From: Bacillota bacterium
GTDB lineage: Bacteria; Bacillota; UBA994; UBA5500
DNA: 64,000 nucleotides
Assembly (NCBI GenBank): GCA_050949055.1
Contig: JBMNFA010000001.1
Span: forward strand, 543,338 to 607,337
Direction: 5' to 3'
This document shows, piece by piece, positions 9,905 to 19,006 of the stretch (within the stretch, counting starts at the first letter, position 1; each line of letters begins with the position of its first letter). The translations under genes were made by a program, and so were the position numbers. The notes under the pieces were generated by a model that was given only the letters and a program-made list of their open reading frames with translations, was not told the DNA's origin and made no database searches.

Positions 9905-10615
9905 TTAGGACGATGCCAGGGCCCGCTCAACCGCCGCTTTAGCCAGGAGCCCAGTGGAATCGAGCACCGGCACGCTGACATCGCCATCAGCCAGCACCAG
10001 CGGTATCTCGGTGCAGCCAGCGATAATGGCAGCCGCACCACGTGCGATCAGCCCGTTGGCGACCTGCTGGGCGCTAAGGCGCAGCTTCTGGTCCAACACG
10101 CCGGCCTTTACTCCTTCTGGTCCATAGATGATCTCCATCACTTGCGCCTGTGCTTCGGCATCAGGAACCATGGGCACCAGCCCCACTTTTTCTAATGCGT
10201 CGTGATACAGCCGGTTTTGCAGGGTACCGTCGGTAGCCATAATGCCGACCGCAGAACCGGGAGGCACCAATTTGGCAGCAACCTCCGCTACATTGTCGAT
10301 CATGCTCAAGAAGGGAATCCCCACAGCCGCCTCCACTGCCTTGGCAAAGAAGTGGGCCGTGTTGCAGGGGATGATCAGGAAGTCACATCCGGCTGCTTCC
10401 AGGCGCTTAGCCATGGCGATCAACTCGTCAGTCGGATCCACTCCCTTCCCCAAGAAAAAGGATGTGCGGTCCGGCACCTGGGGATTGTTGTCGATAATCA
10501 CGTGGACGTGGTCCTGATCCCGCTTGGCGGGGGTAGCGTCGATGATCTTTTGAAACAGGTCGCAGGTTGCTTGGGGACCCATTCCTCCTAGTACACCGAT
10601 GGTCAGTTTACTCAC
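9905..10615 (-). CDS. Aspartate/glutamate racemase family protein (two-Cys, PLP-independent)
   Basis: Motifs IGVLGGMGP, VPDRT, PCNTAH, AGCTEIP. Confidence 0.88.
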   Translation of the reverse strand: MSKLTIGVLGGMGPQATCDLFQKIIDATPAKRDQDHVHVIIDNNPQVPDRTSFFLGKGVDPTDELIAMAKRLEAAGCDFLIIPCNTAHFFAKAVEAAVGIPFLSMIDNVAEVAAKLVPPGSAVGIMATDGTLQNRLYHDALEKVGLVPMVPDAEAQAQVMEIIYGPEGVKAGVLDQKLRLSAQQVANGLIARGAAAIIAGCTEIPLVLADGDVSVPVLDSTGLLAKAAVERALASS

Positions 10616-10632
10616 TTGTTGTCCCTCCAAAT

Positions 10633-11112
10633 TTAAGCTAGCCTAGTGGGTGCAATCTCCAAGTTATCCCAAGCATCGTCGCCCAACATCTCCAGCTGCG
10701 CTTTCAGCATGCTGGTCAACCGGGCGCGGAAGACCTCCGCCTGTTTGCGCAAATCATCTACCTCCGAAGTCATGCGGCGGACTTTGGCAATAGCTTCATC
10801 CACCATGCGTTCTGCCTTTAACTCGGCCTCTTTGGTGATCAACTGCGCTTCCCGCTTGGCTGCCGCCTTGACTTCCTCGGCAGTCTCCTGGGCCACCACC
10901 AGTGCGTTATGCAGTGTCTGCTCCAACTCGTGGTAGTGCTCTAATCTGTCTGCCAGAGCAGTGCTCTTTTCTTTGTACTCGGCGTTTTCCCGCATCAGCT
11001 GTTCCATATCTTTGATCAGCTGATCCAGGAATTCATCCACTTCGTTGCGATCATAGCCACGCAAGGCGGTGCGAAACTCTTTGTTGTGAATGTCCAACGG
11101 AGTAATTGACAT
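10633..11112 (-). CDS. divIVA: Cell division protein DivIVA
   Basis: ITPLDIHNKEF...RGYDRNEVDEFLD followed by a coiled coil. Confidence 0.93.
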   Translation of the reverse strand: MSITPLDIHNKEFRTALRGYDRNEVDEFLDQLIKDMEQLMRENAEYKEKSTALADRLEHYHELEQTLHNALVVAQETAEEVKAAAKREAQLITKEAELKAERMVDEAIAKVRRMTSEVDDLRKQAEVFRARLTSMLKAQLEMLGDDAWDNLEIAPTRLA

Positions 11113-11131
11113 TTCGAGCCCTCCTCCAGAA

Positions 11132-11371
11132 TCAGATCAGCATCTGCAGATAGTAAAGTGCCAGCAGTACCATGATAGGAGCGATATCGACGGTGGTCTC
11201 CCCCAGGGTCATCGGTCCAACAAATCGTCGCATGGGAGCCAACACCGGCTCCGTAATTTGATGCACCAGCCTCCCCGCTGCCGAAGCGGCCACAGCAGGA
11301 ATGAAGTCAAACACCACTCTCAAAATAAACACCCACATTAAGACTTCAAGGACTGCTCTCAGTGGGCCCAT
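11132..11371 (-). CDS. ylmG: YggT/YlmG family membrane protein
   Basis: ITEPVLAPMRR...DIAPI; ylm operon position. Confidence 0.85.
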   Translation of the reverse strand: MGPLRAVLEVLMWVFILRVVFDFIPAVAASAAGRLVHQITEPVLAPMRRFVGPMTLGETTVDIAPIMVLLALYYLQMLI

Positions 11372-11374
11372 GGC

Positions 11375-11818
11375 CTATAGTCCCCCAGTTCTGCGAGACT
11401 TGCCTTCAGCCGCAATAGCGCTCAGTTCCTCGTCCAGAAGGTTGTTGATGTCCACATTTGCCGGGGCAAACAGGAAGATCAGCTCGCTTACCCGCTGGCT
11501 GCGCCCCCCCAAGGCGTAAATGGCCCCGCTGAGGAAATCTAAAACGCGCATGCGCGCTTTCGGGTCTGCCATCTCCAAGTTGACCACTACCGGTCGTTTT
11601 GCCCGCAGCTGGTCTGCCACCTGCTGCACGTCGTCATAGGACCTGGGGCCAAGCACAACCAGCTTCAGGTTCTTGTTCGGTTGCAGCTCCACCACATTGG
11701 GGCGAAAACGCGGGGCAGCCATCGGTGGCGCCGCTATATCCTCCTCTTGTGGCTCCTGGCTTTCATCCTCGACTTCCTCGAAGCCCAGCCAGTCCAGTAA
11801 TTTGCTCCAAAGCTTCAT
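11375..11818 (-). CDS. sepF: Cell division protein SepF
   Basis: PRSYDDVQQVAD, VVNLE, RVLDFLSGAIYALGG, IFLFAP. Confidence 0.93.
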   Translation of the reverse strand: MKLWSKLLDWLGFEEVEDESQEPQEEDIAAPPMAAPRFRPNVVELQPNKNLKLVVLGPRSYDDVQQVADQLRAKRPVVVNLEMADPKARMRVLDFLSGAIYALGGRSQRVSELIFLFAPANVDINNLLDEELSAIAAEGKSRRTGGL

Positions 11819-11823
11819 TGCCG

Positions 11824-12507
11824 TTACCTCCTCCCAAAAATCGCGGTGCCGACGCGGACCATGGTTGCTCCCTCGGCAATGGCCACCTCAAAGTCGTTGG
11901 ACATTCCCATGGACAGGTGTCTAAACCCGTATACATCTGCCATGCGGTCGAACAACCGTCGCAACTGCCGGAAGTAACAGCGCACATCCTCTGGATTCTC
12001 TGCGTAAGGAGCAACTGTCATTAGACCATGCACAGCTACGTGAGGGCACTCCGAAACTACGGTTCCCACAAAATCATCCACCTGGCCAAGGGGAAGGCCG
12101 GCTTTGCTCGCTTCACCAGCCACGTTAACCTCTACCAGACAATTTGCTTTCATCTGCAAATTCTCTGCCCGGGAGTCCAATTCCTTTGCCAATTTGAAGC
12201 GATCCAATGAATGAATCAATTCTACACGTGGCAAAATCTGCCTCACCTTATTTGTCTGCAGTTGTCCAATCAAATGCCAGTTCACAGGCCGCCCCTGGAA
12301 CTGGGCTATCTTGCCCAAGGCTTCTTGCACCCGATTCTCGCCCAGGTCGGTCAAACCGGCGTCCACAGCCTCTGCAATTCGCTGCACTGAAACCGTCTTG
12401 GTTACGCCGACCAGGGTGATCTCACCCGGATCCCGTCCGGACAGGTGCGCTGCCCTAGCTATCCTCGCCTTTACTTGCTGCAAGTTTTGAAGTATTTCTC
12501 CTGGCAT
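11824..12507 (-). CDS. yggS: PLP homeostasis protein YggS/YlmE
   Basis: VGVTKT, GENRVQE, WHLIGQLQTNK, LSMGMSNDF, VRVGTAIFG. Confidence 0.95.
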   Translation of the reverse strand: MPGEILQNLQQVKARIARAAHLSGRDPGEITLVGVTKTVSVQRIAEAVDAGLTDLGENRVQEALGKIAQFQGRPVNWHLIGQLQTNKVRQILPRVELIHSLDRFKLAKELDSRAENLQMKANCLVEVNVAGEASKAGLPLGQVDDFVGTVVSECPHVAVHGLMTVAPYAENPEDVRCYFRQLRRLFDRMADVYGFRHLSMGMSNDFEVAIAEGATMVRVGTAIFGRR

Positions 12508-12511
12508 GCGC

Positions 12512-13822
12512 TCACTTCCTCAATCTAGATGACACGTCCGCGCCGTCCGCGAGACCGGATGGGTTGGTGACGACCAACATGCCCGGCTCCAATCCGGTGA
12601 CGATGCTACTCCGCTTTTCCTCTGCTCGCACCACAACCGCCTGTTGATGTACAACATCTCCGTCCAGGACAAACACAGCGGCTCCCTGGTCAGCGACAAT
12701 CAGCGCCTTGCTCGGTATCTGGCACAGCACCTCGCCCTCGGTGTGCAGGGTTACTGGGATGAAACGAGGCAGCAGCTGTTCCTGCTCCGGGGAGATCTGC
12801 AACAGACATTGGTCCTGCCCCAAGTTGGCATTCTGCTCCCAACCTGCTTCCCAATCTACGGTCTGGCCAGCCAGGTCCACCAACACGCCGACTTTGGCCC
12901 ACTCGGCGATGGTAGCAGCAGTCCCTTCCGGCAGATCGATTAAAAGATACGTCTTGCTATCGGTGGCCACTTTGAACACCGGTTGGCCGGCCACAATCAG
13001 GCTGTCGGTGGTCACGCTGTGGTCGGCAACCTTCATCTGCCGCAGCTGGTCATAGAGGGTCGGGGTCAGGTTGGCCAAATCAGCCACCTGCTCCAGACCA
13101 TCGACTGCAAATGAAATTCTGCCGTTGGCTGGCGAATAGACCGGCACTATCGCCTGGTTGCGGCGCGACTCCAGTTCCGCCCGCTGCTCCTCCACTGAAG
13201 CGTGGCCCTGCAGCAACAACAGGCGGTCCTGCTGCAGCTTGGCCAACTCTCGAGCTGCGCTGTTCAGGCTACTATACAGGGAGCGATACTCCTCCACCTG
13301 CTGATTGCGCAAAGCCTTGCGATAGTCGTCCATCAGTGATAGCAGGCTGGTCTGGGAGGTTTGCAGCCGTTGGTCCAACTCCGCCAAACGGGATACTCCC
13401 GAACTGCTCGGCTGGGACGCCTGCTTGTCCAGCTTGCTCAACTCTTCCTCTATACTGGCCAGCAGCGTCTTGTCGACCAGTTCCAGCACCCGCTGGCCTG
13501 TCTCAACCTCTGTGCCTTCGGACACCAACAGGTTGGCCCGACCTGGTTTATCAGCCAAGATCACCGTCTCCTGCCGCAACACGACTGCCTGAGCGGAGAT
13601 GCCGCTGTTGTCGGGCACCTGTACCGCTTCCGCTGTCTTGATCATCGGTTCGGAAAATAACCAGGCAGCCGCCAGACGATACGTCCCGCGCCCGGCCAGA
13701 AACAATAGCCATGCTGAGGCCACCAGAATACTCAGCAGGGTCAACCTTTTCAGCAGTTTTTTCGGCTTTAGCCTTTTCTTCCTTTTGATACGTTTAGCAG
13801 ACAATCGCCTCAACTCCGTCAA
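12512..13822 (-). CDS. HlyD/membrane-fusion-protein-like periplasmic adaptor-fold protein
   Basis: Basic N-terminus, one TM segment, split lipoyl-like motifs (VSEGTEVETGQ, VYSPANGRISF) around a coiled coil, and a C-terminal IPSKAL...GLEPG. No adjacent transporter. Confidence 0.6.
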   Translation of the reverse strand: MTELRRLSAKRIKRKKRLKPKKLLKRLTLLSILVASAWLLFLAGRGTYRLAAAWLFSEPMIKTAEAVQVPDNSGISAQAVVLRQETVILADKPGRANLLVSEGTEVETGQRVLELVDKTLLASIEEELSKLDKQASQPSSSGVSRLAELDQRLQTSQTSLLSLMDDYRKALRNQQVEEYRSLYSSLNSAARELAKLQQDRLLLLQGHASVEEQRAELESRRNQAIVPVYSPANGRISFAVDGLEQVADLANLTPTLYDQLRQMKVADHSVTTDSLIVAGQPVFKVATDSKTYLLIDLPEGTAATIAEWAKVGVLVDLAGQTVDWEAGWEQNANLGQDQCLLQISPEQEQLLPRFIPVTLHTEGEVLCQIPSKALIVADQGAAVFVLDGDVVHQQAVVVRAEEKRSSIVTGLEPGMLVVTNPSGLADGADVSSRLRK

Positions 13823-13861
13823 CCCTGATATCGCAACTTACTGATACTTCTCTGCCCATAG

Positions 13862-14683
13862 CTACAAATCCTGCCTCAGGAGAGGCTTTAGCCCGATAGT
13901 GGCAACCTGGCGTCCGGTAGTCCCACGGTCCCGTCGATAGGAGTAAAAACGGTCGGCATCATGCATGGTGCAGACTTGAGAGAGGTGAATGTGCTCAGGC
14001 TTTAGTCCTGCCGACTGCAGCAGCAAACGGTTGAGCAACGGCAGGTCCAGGTATTGCTGCCCGGCCACCATCGATTCCTTCACCGCCTGGACCCAAGGGA
14101 CGGGCAACCTCCTCACCTGGCTGAGCACAGGCTCGTCCACCAAGTAACAGCAACTGCCGATGCCCGGTCCAATACACGCCTCTATCTCTTCGGGAGCCGC
14201 ACCAAACTCCCTGACCATCAGCGCCACTGCCTGGGGAGCAATTTGAGCCACTGTGCCTCTCCATCCCGCATGCACAGCTCCCACTGCCCGGCAGCGGCGG
14301 GAAAGAAACAAAATTGGCAGACAGTCGGCGACCAGGACATGCAGAGCCAACCCGGGAGTATTGCTGACCACCCCATCGGTGGCCAGCAGGGTACCTGCAC
14401 CGGTGGCTACCGCCACCCGGCTGCCGTGGACTTGGTTCATATACACCTCTGTCCATCCGTCCATCCCCAGTGTCTGCAACCAAAGCTGGCGGTTCTGCCG
14501 CACATTCTGCTCAGCGTCCCCGCTGCCGCCCAGATTCAGACTGGACCAAGGCCCCTCACTGACACCCCCCAGACGGGTGGACCAGCCGTGAGTCAGCCAC
14601 GGCAGTCGCTCCCAGTCCGCGTGGACTAGCCAGGGTACGAGACCTTCACGGTAAGCTAAGCCACCAATTGCTTGCATACCCAT
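13862..14683 (-). CDS. pgeF: Purine nucleoside phosphorylase / peptidoglycan editing factor PgeF (YfiH/YlmD)
   Basis: STRLGGVS, NQVHGS, DGVV, VADCLPI, VHAGWRG, GPGIGSCCY, FYSYRR. Confidence 0.93.
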   Translation of the reverse strand: MGMQAIGGLAYREGLVPWLVHADWERLPWLTHGWSTRLGGVSEGPWSSLNLGGSGDAEQNVRQNRQLWLQTLGMDGWTEVYMNQVHGSRVAVATGAGTLLATDGVVSNTPGLALHVLVADCLPILFLSRRCRAVGAVHAGWRGTVAQIAPQAVALMVREFGAAPEEIEACIGPGIGSCCYLVDEPVLSQVRRLPVPWVQAVKESMVAGQQYLDLPLLNRLLLQSAGLKPEHIHLSQVCTMHDADRFYSYRRDRGTTGRQVATIGLKPLLRQDL

Positions 14684-14769
14684 CTCTCCCTCATAGGCAG
14701 ATACCAAAATCCCACTAACCGGTCTGCGCTTACTGTCAATGTGCATCGCAGCCGAACGGGCGCCGGACG

Positions 14770-16443
14770 TTAGTGCGACAGTGGAGCGGCGTAAACCACA
14801 TCAACCATCGGGCGCTCCGGCAGCGGTTGGACAACCAACTGCCCTCCCTGGAAATGCTGACTGACTGGTGCCAGTTGGTAGGGCTGCTCTACTTCCGGCC
14901 AGAGGCTGTTCACCAAAGGAAATGCCTGGCCGTCAACCTGCCTAAAGCGGCTAGCCGCCCAACTACCGGCAGTGGCAGCCAATTTCAACTGCAGAGCATA
15001 GTGGCTGCGCCAATGCTCCACGATGCGCCGCTGTAAGTGAATGAACTCCTGCTCCTCCAGCCCGATCTGGCTGCCAAAACGCATCCGCGCGACAGCAAAC
15101 GCCTCGGTCACGCCCACCGGGACGATACTCAGTTGACAAGCTTGCAGTACGTCCTTCATAGCCTGGTACTGCTGTTCACCGGCCCCCGCCAGCTGCCAGA
15201 GCAAGGGCAGATCATGCTCAGAGAGCGCCGAAAGAACCTCGAAGCGATGGGCCAGCTGCCGGGCCACCAAACTGTAGACGCGGTCGATTCCCGCCCAGAA
15301 ATCGCTGCTGCTTGACGCTTCCAGGGCGATCCGTGGTAGATTGACGAAACTCTGGGCCAGCTGCCCAGGCTCCCCCGTAGCCAAATGCAGTCCGCTGGCG
15401 AAGATGGCTCCTGACCTTTCACTGACCATAACTTGGGCAGGGTTGCCCCCTTCTCGCGCCACTGGCGCAGCTAGCTGCCTCAATTGCGCGGATACGGGGT
15501 CTGATGATCGCAGCTGCAAGACCACCTGGGGGGTGTGCGCCAGGGTGCGTCGGGGCAAGCCTCGGGCAAGTACGGCTAGCAGCGCCTTGGCAAAGATAGT
15601 TCCGCTGTTGCTCCGTTCCAAGCCTATACTGACCGAGACCCGAATCGGGCACAAACCGCCGATCTGAGCAACCAGGCCCAGGTCGTGTAACATGCGTTCT
15701 GCCAACAGTTCAGCCTCCACTGCTGAAAACGGCTGGTCGGCAAGTTTGACCACCTGCGCGACCGCGCAATCCAGGTCGGAGAACAGCAATTCGCCGATCA
15801 TCTCGCTATGGGCCAGCAGCACCAGTTGCCCGGCCATTCGCATCAGTTGCTCTGGAGTCCTGGCGGCCGCCAAATGCATTTGGCCTATGCTGATGCCATG
15901 CCGCACGAGGGTAGCCGGCCGGATTACGCCTGCCGCTACCGCCATGGTGTAGTGTGGCAAACGGTCTATATGTATTTCCGCCCGCTGGTGGGCCAAGGAG
16001 AACTCTCTGGGTAGCAGGCTGTGCAGCGTGTATTGCTCGCTGGCAGCCAAAGCAATCCGGCTCAGCTTGGCGGCCGGGGTGGACTGGTCGGAGAGCTCGT
16101 TGATGCTATCCTGCAGGACCTCGCTGACGGCATCCATCAACTCGCTTTTCTGTTCACGAATGCGCGTACGACGGTTGCGGTAAAGAATGTAGGCTTTGGC
16201 GGTACGGGCGTGGCCATTTTCAATCAGCACCTTTTCCACCAAGTCCTGAATCTGCTCCACTTGCGGCGTGCCGCCCTCGGGCAATGACTGACTCAACAAG
16301 TGGATCACCTGCCCGGCCAGGAACTCGGACTGCCGCCGATCCTCGCCGCCGACGGCTCTGGCAGCGGAGAAGATGGCATCTGCTATTTTGGCCGCGTTAA
16401 AGGGCACCACCCGGCCATCTCGCTTTTGCACCCACTCAATCAT
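14770..16443 (-). CDS. ATP-cone-containing degenerate class III RNR (NrdD-like) protein, predicted catalytically inactive
   Basis: Intact ATP-cone ([18 protein letters not shown]). Collinear with the NrdD at 53009 ([28 protein letters not shown]), but catalytic Cys positions are A/L and no CxxC or RITGY motif precedes the stop. Confidence 0.8.
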   Translation of the reverse strand: MIEWVQKRDGRVVPFNAAKIADAIFSAARAVGGEDRRQSEFLAGQVIHLLSQSLPEGGTPQVEQIQDLVEKVLIENGHARTAKAYILYRNRRTRIREQKSELMDAVSEVLQDSINELSDQSTPAAKLSRIALAASEQYTLHSLLPREFSLAHQRAEIHIDRLPHYTMAVAAGVIRPATLVRHGISIGQMHLAAARTPEQLMRMAGQLVLLAHSEMIGELLFSDLDCAVAQVVKLADQPFSAVEAELLAERMLHDLGLVAQIGGLCPIRVSVSIGLERSNSGTIFAKALLAVLARGLPRRTLAHTPQVVLQLRSSDPVSAQLRQLAAPVAREGGNPAQVMVSERSGAIFASGLHLATGEPGQLAQSFVNLPRIALEASSSSDFWAGIDRVYSLVARQLAHRFEVLSALSEHDLPLLWQLAGAGEQQYQAMKDVLQACQLSIVPVGVTEAFAVARMRFGSQIGLEEQEFIHLQRRIVEHWRSHYALQLKLAATAGSWAASRFRQVDGQAFPLVNSLWPEVEQPYQLAPVSQHFQGGQLVVQPLPERPMVDVVYAAPLSH

Positions 16444-16897
16444 GCTTTTGCCCCAGCAACCTGTCCAGCTCCTGCTTCAATTGCATGATATCTGTGAACT
16501 GGCGATAGACTGAGGCAAAGCGCACGTAGGCGACCTCGTCTATTTCCCGCAAGCGATCCATCACCATCTCACCAATTTGCTCGGACTCCACCTCGGGACA
16601 AAGCTGATTTCGCAAGTGCTGTTCAATGTCATTGGCTATCTGCTCCAAAACAGCGGCGCTGACCGGCCGCTTCTCGCAGGCCCTAAATAGACCGGCCAGA
16701 ATTTTGTTGCGGTCAAAGGCCTCCCGCCGCCCATCCTTCTTGCTGACCATCATGGGCAGCTCTTCGATCTTCTCATAGGTGGTAAACCGTCGGGCGCAAG
16801 CAGCGCATTCGCGGCGGCGGCGAATAGCGTTACCCTCATCGGTGGGACGGCTATCGACTACGCGGCTATCAGGATGCGAACAAAAGGGACATCTCAT
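16436..16897 (-). CDS. nrdR: Transcriptional repressor NrdR
   Basis: MRCPFC...[21 protein letters not shown]-cone, [12 protein letters not shown]. Confidence 0.97.
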   Translation of the reverse strand: MRCPFCSHPDSRVVDSRPTDEGNAIRRRRECAACARRFTTYEKIEELPMMVSKKDGRREAFDRNKILAGLFRACEKRPVSAAVLEQIANDIEQHLRNQLCPEVESEQIGEMVMDRLREIDEVAYVRFASVYRQFTDIMQLKQELDRLLGQKHD

Positions 16898-16957
16898 AGT
16901 TGCTACCCCTTTCTTCACCGCTGGTTGCACATCCGCAACCGGCAGCGGTGGGTATTC

Positions 16958-16985
16958 ATTATCAGTCTACAAGATATTGTGCCAA
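16958..16985 (-). promoter_or_regulatory. Putative nrdR promoter overlapped by an NrdR box (16967-16982)
   Basis: TTGGCA-16 bp-GATAAT, with GCACAATATCTTGTAG matching the NrdR consensus acaCwAtATaTwGtg. Confidence 0.6.
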
Positions 16986-17012
16986 GGTGCTAGTCTGGCC
17001 GCATCAGCAATG

Positions 17013-17046
17013 AAAAAGGGGGCTCAGCTGCGGCTGTAGCCCCCCT
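17013..17046 (-). terminator. Intrinsic terminator after ylmC
   Basis: AGGGGGCT...AGCCCCCT stem followed by a T-run on the minus strand. Confidence 0.65.
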
Positions 17047-17296
17047 CCTGATAGGAGTTGTTCCCGTCCAGTTCCACCAGAATCACATCTTCGCCAATTT
17101 TCACTACCTGTTCCCACGCAATGTAGATTTCGCTTTCCCGGCCAAAGATGCCTAGCACCCGCGCTTGACCTGGTACCAGCAAACCCTTCACCCGTCCGGC
17201 CGCCAGATCGATATCCAGGTCTATGATCATGCCCAGGCGCTTGCCATCCAGAACGTTGACCACTTCTCGCATGCGTAGCTCTCCCACCCTCAGCAT
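17024..17296 (-). CDS. ylmC: YlmC/YmxH family PRC-barrel sporulation protein
   Basis: ELRMREVVNVLDGKRLG...IAWEQVVKIGEDVILV. Confidence 0.92.
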   Translation of the reverse strand: MLRVGELRMREVVNVLDGKRLGMIIDLDIDLAAGRVKGLLVPGQARVLGIFGRESEIYIAWEQVVKIGEDVILVELDGNNSYQEGGYSRS

Positions 17297-17347
17297 GCCG
17301 TTCCCCCCTATCCATATGAGTATATGGATAAGGATTAGGAAACAGAA

Positions 17348-17953
17348 CTAGGCTGAAGGCGGCTGCGCAACAACCACCTGCCTGAAACTGGCTGTGACGA
17401 AGCGGTCGCGCAGACTCTGCCAGCAATCCCAGAGGAGACTGCGCAGCACCAGTGTCTGAGGTTCTGTTTGGCCCAGTGGCTGACAAACGCCGCTGGTCAA
17501 ACACATGGGAGGAAAGACCACGCACCACCAGTTGCGACCCTCACCGGTGCCCAAAGTAACATTCAACGCCTGATAGCGGCCAGCCGGCAAAGTGAAGGTA
17601 CCATAGTGCTTGGCCGGGAAGTTGAATTCCCCCAGCTGGAGACTGGCTTGGTAATCCTCCCCCTGGTCCTCCAGCGTCTGCCTGGCGATTTGGCTTAGCT
17701 GGCCTAAGTGCGCCCTGAGCCGGCTCACTGCTTCCTCGGGATCGGCCACACCTGCCAACAGTGGGTTCAGGTACGCCAGCAGGTCGTCTCGTACCTGCAT
17801 CTTCACCTGTTGCTCACGCAAGCTCTCCCCATTGGCAGAGACGTGCAGCCTGATTAGGGGAGGCGGCAACTCGCCCGCCGCGCAGACGCCGATATCCAAC
17901 CAGAACACCCCGGCAAGCAACAGCAATCCCACAAACACAAAGTAGCGCCTCAT
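17348..17953 (-). CDS. spoIIR: Stage II sporulation protein R
   Basis: Signal peptide; IRLHVSAN, KMQVRD, FPAKHYG...LPAGRYQAL...GEGRNWWCVVFPPMC. Confidence 0.92.
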   Translation of the reverse strand: MRRYFVFVGLLLLAGVFWLDIGVCAAGELPPPLIRLHVSANGESLREQQVKMQVRDDLLAYLNPLLAGVADPEEAVSRLRAHLGQLSQIARQTLEDQGEDYQASLQLGEFNFPAKHYGTFTLPAGRYQALNVTLGTGEGRNWWCVVFPPMCLTSGVCQPLGQTEPQTLVLRSLLWDCWQSLRDRFVTASFRQVVVAQPPSA

Positions 17954-17993
17954 CGCTATTCCTCCTCATATAACCTAACTGATATATGGTCGT

Positions 17994-18791
17994 CTAGACC
18001 CGTTCCTTGTTGCCGTCCCGTTCAGCGATCAGCTTGCGCATGTGCTGCAGCGCGGCTTTCTCCAGGCGTGACACCTGGGCCTGGGAAATCCCGATCTCTT
18101 CAGCCACTTCCATCTGAGTCTTGCTGGCGAAGAAGCGGAGCGAGAGGATCAATCGTTCCCGCTCGCTCAGTTTGTCCATCGCCTCCCGCAGCGCAATTCC
18201 TTCTACCCAGGTGCTATCCTGATTCTTGTCGTCTTTGATCTGATCCATGATGTAGATGGGGTCGCCGCCTTCTTGGTAGATGGGATCAAACAGCGACACC
18301 GGCTCCTGGATGGCATCGAGGGCAAACACCACGTCTTCCCTGGGAACCCCCAGTTCAGACGCTATCTCCTGCACGGTGGGCTCGCGCGAGTTTTTGTTGA
18401 CCAAGCTATCCCGCACCTGCAACGCCTTGTAGGCGATATCCCGCAACGAGCGGCTGACCCGGATGGGGTTGTTGTCCCGCAGGTAGCGCCGGATTTCACC
18501 GATGATCATCGGCACCGCGTAGGTGGAGAACTTGACGTTCTGGGAAAGGTCAAAGTTGTCGATGGCCTTCATTAGGCCGATACAGCCAACTTGAAACAGG
18601 TCATCCACATACTCTCCCCGGTTATTGAAACGCTGAATAACACTGAGCACCAGACGCAAATTGCCCATCACCAACCGCTCCCGGGCGCTTTCATCGCCAC
18701 TCTGTAGGTTGGTGAACAGCTCGCGCATCTTCTGGTTGCTCAGTACTTGCAGCTTCGATGTGTTCACTCCACATATTTCAACCCTGTTCAT
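17994..18791 (-). CDS. sigG: Forespore sigma factor SigG
   Basis: VEICGVNTSKL, GNLRLVLSVIQRF, DDLFQVGCIGLMKAIDNF, TQMEVAEEIGISQAQVSRLE. Confidence 0.97.
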   Translation of the reverse strand: MNRVEICGVNTSKLQVLSNQKMRELFTNLQSGDESARERLVMGNLRLVLSVIQRFNNRGEYVDDLFQVGCIGLMKAIDNFDLSQNVKFSTYAVPMIIGEIRRYLRDNNPIRVSRSLRDIAYKALQVRDSLVNKNSREPTVQEIASELGVPREDVVFALDAIQEPVSLFDPIYQEGGDPIYIMDQIKDDKNQDSTWVEGIALREAMDKLSERERLILSLRFFASKTQMEVAEEIGISQAQVSRLEKAALQHMRKLIAERDGNKERV

Positions 18792-18826
18792 AGTCTCCGC
18801 CTCCCCGCTGTGCAACCACTATTTTG

Positions 18827-18856
18827 CATTATCACCGCGGGGCTTTTGATCTATAC
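18827..18856 (-). promoter_or_regulatory. SigF/SigG-type promoter of sigG
   Basis: GTATA-15 bp-GGTGATAATG matches GYWTA-15-GGnnAnAnT. Confidence 0.7.
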
Positions 18857-19006
18857 CTACGCTTCCCCTGACCGAGCCTCCATGGACATGCAAAAAGCCG
18901 CCCTGAGCAGGCGGCTAAAGGTAGGGATGGATTGCAGATAACGTCGGGCTGGCGCAATGGGGCTATCTGCCACCATGCTACCTGACCAGGGTAGAGCAGA
19001 ACCACC

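Noticed and set aside
14770-16443. Calling the NrdD paralogue a conventional pseudogene
   Set aside because: There are no frameshifts or internal stops over 557 codons despite strong divergence, and start coupling to nrdR is intact. It is kept as a CDS pending dN/dS.
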